Of a stretch of 64,000 nucleotides of DNA, positions 25,990-37,397 are shown piece after piece. Within the stretch, counting starts at the first letter, position 1; every line of letters starts with the position of its first letter. The position numbers and the translations under genes are program-made. Below the pieces are notes generated by a model. That model ran no database searches. It saw nothing but the letters and a program-made list of their open reading frames with translations, and was not told where the DNA came from. The stretch comes from Lingula anatina (Eukaryota > Animalia > Brachiopoda), in contig CM120642.1 in NCBI GenBank assembly GCA_051362555.1, positions 682,001 to 746,000 of the forward strand. The letters run 5' to 3'.

Positions 25990-28900
25990 AAATGTCAAGT
26001 CTGTAGATATACCACTTAATTATATATATCTGGTATTTCATAATCGTAAGCTAGGTTCAATCTTTTGTTTAATCATTATTCAGACCCATGTGACAGTAAC
26101 CCTTGCCTTAATGGTGGGACTTGCAATCTCTTTGGAACTGGACCTGGAATAAGCTACGAGTGCAGTTGTCCTTTGTTTTATTTTGGATTTTATTGCCAAT
26201 TTGGTAAGCTTTGACTGCTTAAGACTGGATATGCCGACCTTTTATTAAACACTGTAGATAACAGCAAATATTTCTAGGTTGTTATGCAAGAAATAAAACT
26301 GGGATTTATAATAATTGTAAACAAAAGGCATCTTGAAAGAAATGATTAAAATAAGCAATATGATAAAATCTCAAGAATACACACACACTGGACAAAAGAA
26401 GTGTCACCCCCTAACTCAGAGTAATAAAAGTAGGCAGATCTTGGGTAATTATAATGCCTGGTCTACTTATAATGTGATTAATGAGTATAAAACCGCTGTA
26501 CCATGGGATTGTATTGTTGGTCTTGTAAATGTACAGCAAATGTTATTCCTGTCTTCCTCCAATATGGCAAGATACAGGCAATTATCTAACGGTTATAGGT
26601 GCAAGTTATAAACCTGAAGAGGCAGAATATAAGCAATGTCAGAATATCGATACAATTGAATTGTTTAGTCAGAACCGTGCAGAGGGTCTGGTCTCGGTTT
26701 AGAAACACTGGATCAAGAGACAAATTGCCTCTGATGGGTCGTCCAAGAAAAACTACTGGCCGTGAAGACTGACGACTGATTTTGATGTCCAGGTTGTCAA
26801 AGTTCGACACTGCTTGTCAGTTGACAACACAGTGGGAAAATTTCACACCTAAGAATGTGTCTGTGAACATTGCTAGGCGTCGGTTACATGCTCATAGAGT
26901 GTACAGCAGGGTAGCAAGACTGAAACCTCTTATATCGATACAAAACAGGCAACGTAGAGTGAACTAGGGTCAACAGGATCTGGAACTGGACAGCCCATGA
27001 CAATTGGTCCTATATATTTTTTTTCTGATGAGTGTCGCTTTGGTCTGACCTCTGATGACAGACGAGTACGATGCTGGCGAGCTGCTGGCAAAGCATTTGA
27101 ACCACATGTACTGAATTTTCGAACCCGGAGCAGCATATTCATCATGGTGTGGGGCTGCATCAGCATCCATGGCGTGGGCGAATTGATTGTGGTTGATGAA
27201 AACATGAATCACTAGAAATATATCGATGTTTTGGAGTCAGGCTTGCTACCATCTATTACTAACATAATTGGTGACACGAATTATCCATTTGTTCACCAGG
27301 ATGACAATGCTCCTTGTCACAGGCCCAGAGCAGCTGATGATTGGTTTGACCAACAGGGCATTCGCAGGGTGATGAGTCCGGAAGCAAACATAATAGAAAA
27401 TGTGTGGAATGATATGTCAAAACTTTTGACAAATGCCCGTCCAACCAGCAGAGAAACTCTATTATATTCAGTGTTTCATGCTTGGGCCAGCATAAGCCCT
27501 GAACGCAACAGACAATTATATGAATCCTTGCCTCGTAGACTGGCACCTATTATTAGGTCACGTGGCTATGCCACTAAGTACTAATTTTGGACTTGAAACT
27601 GCATATTTTGGTAGAATGTATATTTTGTTCTCATTTTGTGATTTTTTGTGAAATTTGATGTTAATAAAATGATACCAGGAGCATATCATTCCACAGTCAT
27701 TTATCTCCCCCATAGTATTGGCTCAGTAGGGGTGACACTTCTTTTGTCCAGTGTGTGTATAAACTTTGCAAACTGAAATAGCATGTGTAACATGTAATTG
27801 GTATTACAAAACTCCTTTTCAGACGAATGTGACTGGCACACTTGCAGTAATAATGGCACTTGCATAAAATCATTTGATCGTGTACGTGGTGCCGTATTGG
27901 CATGCAACTGTACCACTAATTTTCATGGAGACTATTGTGAGTTAGGTAAGATTATAAGGCCTGTACCAAATAGCAAGACGTTCCAGGTTATAATGCAGAA
28001 AATTTAACAATGACAGAAGTTAAATAAATAAATTCAACAGTATTGCATTTGACCCTCCTGATGTGCTTCATTTAGAACATATGTATGTGAGGTACCATTT
28101 ATTCATTGTTGTTGTACGTGCTTAGTAACGACATGGAAAGGAGTTTAGTGGGGAAATTGTGAATTTGACAGATACTGACTTTTTTACAATGTTGCTATTG
28201 AGTTGTAGAATCCGAAATGAAGCAAGTAACTCCTATATAATATTCTTCTATTCTGTACAGTAAAATCACAAAAAATCAGAAAAACTGCTATATTAAAAAT
28301 ATGACAGCTAGCGCTGACAACATATCTTGGCATTGAACATTGTTTGAATCAGGCTCTGATGCCAGGTAGGTAAGCTTTGTCTGCTTGAAGAGTTAACATA
28401 TCTGCATTGGTTAAGGACTAGATAGCAACAAATCAGTAGCAATGTGAAAATATAATAGAAAAATAAAAATGATAAGATTATTTCATGTGTATAATGGTCG
28501 TTGGTCCAATATAAAATTCATTTATTCTAGGCAATGCACCCACCAGAAATAAAACTTTATTACAGACCTCATTTAGATGAAATAACTAACGTATTTCAAG
28601 TGACCAAATGATTAAGTGATATTTTATATAATCAAGTCATATAATGATGTTGATGAAAAGTGAACTTTGTCAATTAATATTTTCTTTTTGAAACTTGATT
28701 AACAGTGACATGTGGAGCAAATGCCCTGTGTATTCATCCAGACACATCTAACATAGGGCATCATCAGGAATGTCCAGTAGAAACTGGCTACAAATGTGTT
28801 TGCAATTATGGTTATGCAGGAGACGGAATAAACTGCACAAGTAAGGTTTATTTTTTTTTTTTATAATTGAAGTGGTTGGAAATATGTGATTTAAAATAAT

Positions 28901-31900
28901 GGAAATAGTGATGGGGTAGGAATAGTAGATAATGTACTGTAAGTGAGCCTCCTTTTCAGTGCAACTGTGTGTTAGAGTTGATGTCACTTCCTGTACTGAG
29001 ATTCTGTTTCTTTACCTTTTTAATAAAGAAAGACTGTACACTAATAAATGCATGTATTTACCATTAGAGGTATTTAAATTAAAAGTCCTACAGTTCTGAG
29101 AACAGACCTTAACATAAGTATAATATGGCATAAATTGTTTTAATCGGGCTCTGATGCCAGGTATGTGAGCTTTGCCTGCTTGAAGACTTAACATATCTGA
29201 GAATTGGTTAAGGACTAGATAGCAGTGAATAGCTAGGTAGCAATGTGGAAATATAATAAATAGAACAAAAATAATAAGATCATTTGATATGTATATTATA
29301 ATGGCCATTGGCCCATTACAGAATTCATCCATTCTCAGTAATGCAACGGCCAGAAATAACACTTTTTACAGACCTCACCCAGACCTATAACTAACATATT
29401 TCAAGCGATTAATTGATATTTTATATAATAAACATAATGATGTTGATTAAAAGTAAACTATATCAATTTACATTTTTCTTTTTGGAACTTTATTTACAGT
29501 GACATGTGGAGCAAATGCCCTGTGTATTGATCTAGAAACATCTGAAATATCACATACTCGGGAATGTCCAGTAGAAACTGGCAACAAATGTGTTTGCAAT
29601 CATGGTTATGCCGGAGATGGAGTAACTTGCTTAAGTAAGTTTTATGAAATTATCAGATACTTGAAATGGTTGGAAATATGTGATTTTAAATAACGAAAAT
29701 GATGGGGGTTGCTTAGTGGACAATGTAAGTGGGGATATATTCCAATTAAATATTTCCCATGAAATGTGATGAAAATATTCCATAAATCATTTCCCCCCAG
29801 GTTATTTGCAAGTCATTATAATAATAATTATAATATATTGAGCACAGAAGCACAGAAATGATTTTACATTTAAATGCTCTCTAACTAATATATATATATT
29901 TATATAATAAAAAGAAAAAAAGAACAGCAGCTATTTTACCCGACCGGTTTCACTGCAGATGAAGATTCACTGAAACCGGACGAGGCAAAATAGCTCCTGT
30001 TCTTTTTTTCTTTTTATTATATATGTATATATACTTGTACAGGAAAAATACTTTTACTTTCAATATATATATATATGGAAAAATAGTAATAATAGTAAAT
30101 AAATTAGAAAAGAAAATTGTACATAAATGATGTTATACAATATACATTCTAATTAATTGCGTATTTTCATAATTTTACTTATATAACTTTCTACTGCAGT
30201 TGCACCCTGTGCAGAGGGTGGATTTAGAATTTAGATTTATAATAATAAATGGTCTGGTTTATTATTGTTAGCTTGGCTGCCTAATTAATAAGCCCCTGAA
30301 CCACCAGGGTGGTGACCCCTTTACTGGCGTCATGAACAATTATTTCCATATACTAACACGAACCTTAGATTTGAGAACATAAATGCACAAATTTTAAGTA
30401 AAACAATACCAGTCACAAATTTACTATCCCAACATAGAATTACAAGCTTTCCATTTCATTACACAAACAACTTGGCCAGCTTCCATCCGGGTCTCTGGCG
30501 GTATACAAAGGCAGCTTATGGGTACTTTTTATTCGGGAGTAATTAAAGCACTCTCAACTATCTCCAGCTCACTTGGAACATACCAAAGGGGTAGATGAGC
30601 ATATATTTAAAGGATTTATGTAATGAAACGCTTTGGCATATAGTACGTATTAAATTATTTAAGAAAGATCAAACTAACACTTCAATATTTACTTATATTG
30701 CATGAAACATTACATTGATGTTTTCAATGTTATTTTGTTATCAACATTTTTTTTTTTGAAGGAAAATATTATGCTCTTTATATAAAGCATAAGTAAAGGA
30801 CAAACATATGTACGTACTCAAAATTTGGCTGGTGACATTGCTTTTACTGAAAGTAACATAAATGGTGTGAATATGACATAACCTTAAATAATGTCAAGTA
30901 ATAAAAATTATGTAATGTTTTACACCTGGAATATGCAAATATCTAAATTAATAAGGCATAATGTAATGAAAACTTTTATAATTCTACCATATAATGCGCA
31001 AAACGCAATCTGCAATTGCATGGTTCATGTCAGATTTACATAAGAAGAAAACCAAAGGACACACAATGACCAGTTTTGCAGATTATATTTGTTGATGCTC
31101 GGTAGCAACTTCTGAAATATATCGCACCTTAAAGTAAATGAAAATAAACTACACTATATATAATGGGGATATATATATGGTACTTGAAATATGGCTGGTG
31201 ACATTGCTTTTACTGAAAGTAAAATAAATGGTGTGAATATGACATAACCTTAAATAATGTCAAGTAATAAAAATTATGTAATGTTTTAGACCTGGAATAT
31301 GCAAATATCTAAATTAATAAGGCATAATGTAATGAAAACTTTTATAATTCTACCATATAATGCGCAAAACGCAATCTGCAATTCCATGGTTGGTGTCCGA
31401 TTTACGCTAAAAGAATACCCAAGGACACATAATGACCAGTGTAATGGTTTATTTGTTGATGCTTGGTAACAACCTGATCTACATGAGATAACCATCTTTT
31501 GAACCCTACAAGCAATGCATCTGCCATGAAGAAGCAAACTTGTTTCTACATACTGGTATCAGAAGACTTCCTGTTTGATAACATACTTACATAATTCAAG
31601 TGATTAAGTGATATTATGTTAAAGCAAGTCATATCATGATTAAAATGAAGCAATATTATCAATTTATATTTTCAAAATCTTATTTACAGAGATGTGTGGG
31701 GCAAATGCCACATGTATTAATACAGGCAATTGTGAAAGAGGGCCCAGTGACCACTGCAATGAAGATCTTGGATTCAAATGTGTTTGCAATCATGGATATG
31801 AAGGAGACGGAGTTGTTTGTATCAGTAAGTTTTATAAATTCCTCACATTACTGGGAGGATCAGAAATTAGCTACTCAGGCTCTACAGGTTTATATCTGAA

Positions 31901-33495
31901 ATATTACTTGTCAGTGAGGCATGGTTCTCAGACCTTTATTTATTTATCTATCCCCTCTTGTTTGCCCATATAAACCTCTCTTTCTATACAAATATCTTTA
32001 TCTTCAAATAAACTGTCAACTGATTGCATAAGTGCATGTATGTCTATACACCTGGAAGAGACATTTGACTTACTCAGCTACTAGTATTTTAATGCTTTAA
32101 AAAATATTATATATATTGATAAGACACTTCATAACATCCTAATATTGAAAATGTACAGAAAATAAATTAAATAGCAGACTGTAATAAATTGATAAATTTT
32201 AAATTTCCTAAGCCCATGAAAGGGTAGGGAAACAGAAAATTTGTTTAAAGCATAAAATTAAAACAACAGCCCCGATATTTGGCACTGTTTAATCCAAACT
32301 CTGACGCCAGTTAGGTAAGTTTTAGCTGCTTAAGGATATTGTTACCTTTTGCCAGAAACCTTGCCTTTGTTTAATGAAAATATTTATTTAGGGGCTCATA
32401 ACTCCCAAATGACACCATTAAACAAAAATGATGGCTACAACCCGGTGACCTTGGCACATTTTACGTGATAAAATCTTCAGGGATGGAGTTACGCCTCACA
32501 CCGATTCCTATCTCAGCTCAAAATAGAATGGTGTTAAACTGATGATTACATTAGAATTACCTATGCTTATACATAGCAGCAATAAATATTAACACTGATA
32601 TTTGATATTTCCAAGGGGATTTTTATTGTTTTAAACCAGCACAAAGATAGATGCATTATTGAACAATTAGATGCAAGAAACAACACTTTTTTCGGTATCT
32701 GGATGATAATTAAGGGTGACCATACCCTTAAAGGTACACATAAGCAAACTTGTTTTATAACCAGGATCAGATGACTTCCTCTTTAATAAAAATGGTGACA
32801 TTGTGTTGTGTAAGCAAGATATACGATGATGCTGATTAATAGCTGAATGATGTCAATTTACTATTTTTCTTTTTTGAATTTATTTCCAGAGAAGTGTGAT
32901 ACAAATGCCATGTGTATTGATTCAAACACGTCTCAAATATTGCCTACTGATCATTGCTTTGAACCCATGGGCCTCAAATGTGTTTGCAATCAAGGTTATG
33001 AAGGGGACGGATTTACTTGCAAGAGTGAGTTCCACAAATTCTTCAGATAATTGAATGGGTCAGAAATATGTGATTTTAAATAATTATAATCAAAGCTTAG
33101 TCAACTTCATATTTTATCAATTTAAATATTCAATTTTAGGTAAAACATGTGTTGTGACAAATGATCCATGGTATGAAATTAACATTTTGATTAAAATGCT
33201 GTTGTGTTTTATAAAGCATGAAGGTTTGATCCTGCAATTAAGTATATATTCAGCCTGGATTATTTAATATATGCAGTGCAATATTTGCAGGTACTAGTAG
33301 TCTTTGTGTTCAATGTAAGGTACTCAATAACCAATAATTAACGACCACTGTTTTATCATTATTTTAAAGATTTTTTTTTTTTTTTTTTTGTTTAAGAAGT
33401 ATACATTAAGATATTTAATGGTGTACAATGAATGAACCAAAATGAAATCATACTGCTCATTTACTTTTTCATTTCTTACAGGGACCACTGTATAA
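24564..33495 (+). CDS. Secreted multi-EGF protein (~296 aa): signal peptide + 6 EGF-like modules. Exons 24564-24639, 26084-26203, 27823-27945, 28706-28840, 29500-29634, 30200-30217 (micro-exon), 31690-31824, 32890-33024, 33482-33495
   Basis: Exon 1 MELLFWRLLLLILMECVLVRHTVSS with a phase-1 GTAAGT donor. All internal exons are AG/GT-bounded, phase 1-1, multiples of 3 and stop-free. The joined length of 891 nt is one open frame ending RTTV-stop. EGF1 PCDSNPCLNGGTC...ECSC...YC; EGF2 ECDWHTCSNNGTC...ACNC...YC; EGF3-6 end in CVCNxGYxGDGxxC. Confidence 0.78.
24655..24890. repeat. Compound (TA)n(GA)n microsatellite in a ~110-bp tandem unit (2-3 copies)
   Basis: ACTGACAGA..(TA)n(GA)n CTCACTAATTAA repeated. 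Confidence 0.9.
25551..25825. mobile_element. CAG(T/G)GGCGGAT-type MITE
   Basis: CAGTGGCGGATTTAG...CTGGATTCTGCCCCTG; related sequence at ~8512-8690 and similar termini at ~23482-23650. Confidence 0.6.
25905..25987. repeat. (TA)n microsatellite
   Basis: Pure TA run. Confidence 0.95.
26380..27757 (+). mobile_element. Tc1/mariner transposon, full length but degenerate, in an intron of the EGF gene
   Basis: TIR CACACTGGACAAAAGAAGTGTCACCCC at both ends, TA flanks; transposase pieces with FSDECRF, VWGCIS, HQDDNAPCH, SPEANIIENVW and RGYATKY-stop. Confidence 0.93.
29890..30030. repeat. ~60-bp-arm palindrome
   Basis: AAAGAACAGCAGCTATTTTACCCGACCGGTTTCA vs TGAAACCGGACGAGGCAAAATAGCTCCTGTTCTTT. Confidence 0.8.
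30827..31475. repeat. Tandem duplication, ~365-bp period
   Basis: GGCTGGTGACATTGCTTTTACTGAAAGTAA... at ~30827 and ~31193 with ~200 bp nearly identical. Confidence 0.9.
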
Positions 33496-34129
33496 ACTTT
33501 CCTGAAATCAATATCATGAAGTAATCGTTCAAAAAGGAAAGTAGAGCTGTATTATTATCTAGAATCACAGATGGAAGAAAGATTTATTTACAGAAGCATT
33601 GAATTTAGTGTATGAATTTTGTTTCATACAGATGAAAATAAAACATTGACGGCATTGCATTTGGTACTTTTTTATGTTCTCATATTGTCAACAGATATAA
33701 AGGGCTACTCAATTGGACTTTCTTACCAAAATAAATTTTTCTGAGGTAAAGAGCAAGGCCTGTCCCAGCATTTGGATTCAATGTTTTATTTCATTAATTG
33801 AAGACTTTGATTAAAATGACTAAGCAGTCATAATAAATGACATTTGTGGTCACAAGCATTGCCTTGTTTTCACACAAGAAAATGAGGAGTAGTTTTGAAT
33901 AGCGTCCTTGCGCCGTGTTTAATAGAGATGTTGCAAGTTAGCAATGGCTACTCAAGGAGGCAGAGAAGGTAATAATGACACAATGACCCTTATTTAAGGG
34001 GTCTCTGTTGTCTTGGGGTGTAACTGACAAGTAGCTATTTTTAGACATAGTAGTGTCTTGAACATAATTGTATAATCGGTGTTGATTGTATTAAGTTTTT
34101 GCCGGCACGTGTTTTAGACAAGTCAGATT

Positions 34130-34772
34130 ATCGATTTTCTACATGTACGACAGGCAGTATATTTTGCAATGTTCCAAGTAACTACAGCAGCAGTCTCGTG
34201 TTACATCTTGAATGAATGTCGAAGTTTAATAATGAATTCTTGTCTTTTTATGCATTTCTTGTTGTTTTGAAGTTAACTAGATAAAATTTACTTCATGAAA
34301 TGACAGTGTGTGTGGTTTTGGTGCTCACAGTAAAGTGACTATGGGGAATGTATTGCCTCATGTCTTGTATGAATGTCACAGTAAGATATTGAGAATTTGC
34401 CTTCTTCTGATATTTTTTTGTGTTTTGGTGTTTATTAGATGAAATGGCTTGTGAAATGACATGCAGTATACTTGATTCTGCATAGATAGATATATTATGA
34501 GAGGGAGATAGATCACTTTTGAGGATATGAAAGTCATTGTTTAGATATTCTGCAAATCCCTTTTCATGCTATTTCTTTGCATTTTGATTTCAGTAAGATG
34601 AAAAAAATACAGAAAATGTAATATTATCCATGAAAAGGAGTTAAACTTATACAGGAATGTCCAATAAATAATAGGTTTATCTACCTTTTTTTACTTTCCA
34701 TGACCTTGATCATTGACAGTACAAAGGCTTATATTAAGCTATCATAATAAGGTATCAGTATTACACAGCTGA

Positions 34773-34836
<64 letters not shown>

Positions 34837-37177
34837 TGCCAAATATAGTGAAGCTTTTCATAAGTCTGTTGGAATATATCTTGAACATATTTTTTATTTT
34901 ATCATAAATTGAATAATATATCATGCCCAACAAAAAGCTTAGGATATTCACTATGGGAAAGTCAATTTAAGGTACCGGCATGTCAGTGAAGAGCATTGTT
35001 ATCAGCCCCGCATGTGTGTGCATGGGGTGAGTGTAGGGGTACACATGCTTGTAAATTACCTAATGAAACTATTTTCACACTTGTAACTTTTATATTTGTG
35101 AAAGATACAAAATTGAAAAACAATCACAAGCATCTTTTCAAATATATGAATAACAAATTTTAACTTTTCACATGTTTACTTCTTTGTCAGGAGACAAATG
35201 TATGATATCAACATGAGTGAAAATTTTTTTCTCTAAAATGAGTTTTATTTCTTACATTACATATTGCAACCTTCATTGGTTGACCATTTTCAATAGATAA
35301 ACACTTTGCATAATAAAATGCCAGTATTACATTGTGTGTTTTCAAAATGCAAATTTTTGTTATAAGGAAAAGTTTATTTTTGTTAAAAATCTCCCCTGCA
35401 CAAACCTGCAAAAACATGGGTTATAAGTTTGTGAAGGAAAATTGTTTCATGAAAAAAGAACATTATATTTGCAAAATTCCTCCTTTGTTTTAATTTATAA
35501 ATTTGTGTATTTTATGAAACAAAATGTACCAGTACAATAATTAGTGTATGGTAGTTGTGAACACTCTATAGTTTGTATTTCCTAAACTCTTCAGGGCTTC
35601 ATCTAAATGGGATCTTAATTGATTTAAAGATACGCATGTTTGCCACAGTTCAGCTCCTGATGATGAGCTTTGTTTATCTAAACTGATACACATTAAGAGT
35701 AAAAAGTGCTATTTAAGATAATTCAATTGTTACCAGCTTCCCTAATAAATTACCAAAATTGTGATTTATTACTTATATTGATTTTAGTGTGTATTGTTGT
35801 TGTTGTTTTGTGTGTGTGTGTGTGTGTGTGTAAAAAGATATATGCAATTACAAAAGTTTTCCTGTAAAACTTTTTAATATTTAATCATATATTTTTCTAG
35901 GCTTGAAGAACATGAATGGGACCAGGACAAATTCTTTTTCCAATTCCTTGGACTGCAGTTTTTATGACAGAATCACCTATCATTTCCAAATACTGTGTGG
36001 CAGTGAGCACCATCACAACCTCTGACATTCTTTTAAAGACTGAAAAATATTTTTGTGCTGTGCTAGCTGTTGCTAATAATAATATTTATTGATCATCAGT
36101 ATTACTACATTTGTCATATATTTTACCAGTATATGTGAACCATGCACCATAGGTAAGGTATGCTAAGTTTAGCTTTTGCATACATGACATGCCTTGTAGA
36201 CAGAAATTTACACTTATAAAAATAAATTCAAATGCAAGTATGGATTGGTACAGGACTAACTGGGTATCGGTGAAAAAAACTGCTGACCCAAGGTAAATTT
36301 ATAAAATAATATTATTATTAATATTGATCCTGTTTTTAAAAGGAGTGGTGTGTTTGTTGGTTAACTGTATGTACTGATTAATAAGTGTAAAATAATCGCC
36401 ATATTGATGTGTTGCTAAAATAAAAAAATTTTTTTGCCACAAATAAACGTGTATTACATGTATGAAAATAAAATATAGCAAATGGAATTGATGTATCTTT
36501 TGTTTTGTTTTTTCGTTTTTTCATTAAAAAGGAACTGTTATTGGTTGGCCTCATATAATAAAGAAATGCTTATTTATAAAGAAAAAATATGAAATGTTTA
36601 TTTTCCTCCATTCTTCCTGTGCCAGCTTCATTTGACTATATAGACAATAATGAGCGGCGGAAAAACCAAAACGAGGTCAGAATACCAACAGAATGTACTG
36701 AGTCAAAACGAGGCTGGTACGCGGTTGTTGCAAGGAAGACATTTTTTGCATACACGGGTGTGAATTGATTTGTGCCATTCCTGGATGAAGGTAAAGTTCC
36801 TTACATGCTTACATTTACAGAAAGCTGAATAAATTTGCCACAGCTTACTGGTAATTTGAAATTGGAACCTGTTCTCTAAGAATGCAAGCATTAGAGTCAA
36901 AGTTGAACTTCCGCTGTAGCTTAAGTAAAATATTTGGTTTCAAACTCGTTTTTCTCCACAAAATAGGGTTTAAATCAACTCGAGGAGCATCTGACATGAT
37001 TTGTAATTTACTTTTAAAAATGATAATATACATAACAAAACTTTCATATCCTTAAAGGCCGAGATATTCCACCGTTTCTGACACCCTACAAATCTCTAAA
37101 AATTTCACCCAATTCAAATTCTTGAACTTCCGGTTTGGTTAAAAGCCACCTAGCGGCAGACCGGTGGCTCCCAGGCT
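34130..37177. mobile_element. Unclassified 3.05-kb insertion inside the BEL 5' LTR
   Basis: Sequence absent from the 3' LTR; GATT at both junctions; hairpin AGCCACC..GGTGGCT near the right end; contains (TA)n and (TG)n. Confidence 0.75.
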
Positions 37178-37397
37178 GATTCTCGCAACGAGTTTCACGT
37201 TGATTCAGATGAAAGTTGTTACCAGTTGTTTCCAGTTGAAAGTTGATGAAAGTTGATGTAAGTTGACATAAGTTGATGTTAGACAATAAACAGTACCATT
37301 TGTTACCAGTTGATGTTATATATCGTTGACAATTGAATAAAATTGGACTGACACCCGCAACAGTGAAACTCGGAGGATCTAAAGGTCAAAGGTCAAA

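Noticed and set aside
21836-26152. ORFs with YIYIYI or LSLSLS runs (21836, 24512, 24636, 25780, 25901; also 34742)
   Set aside because: They are translations of (TA)n and (GA)n microsatellites.
28345-28375. In-frame TGA before conserved donors read as selenocysteine exons
   Set aside because: No consistent acceptor or open frame upstream and no SECIS seen; decayed EGF exon ends explain them better.
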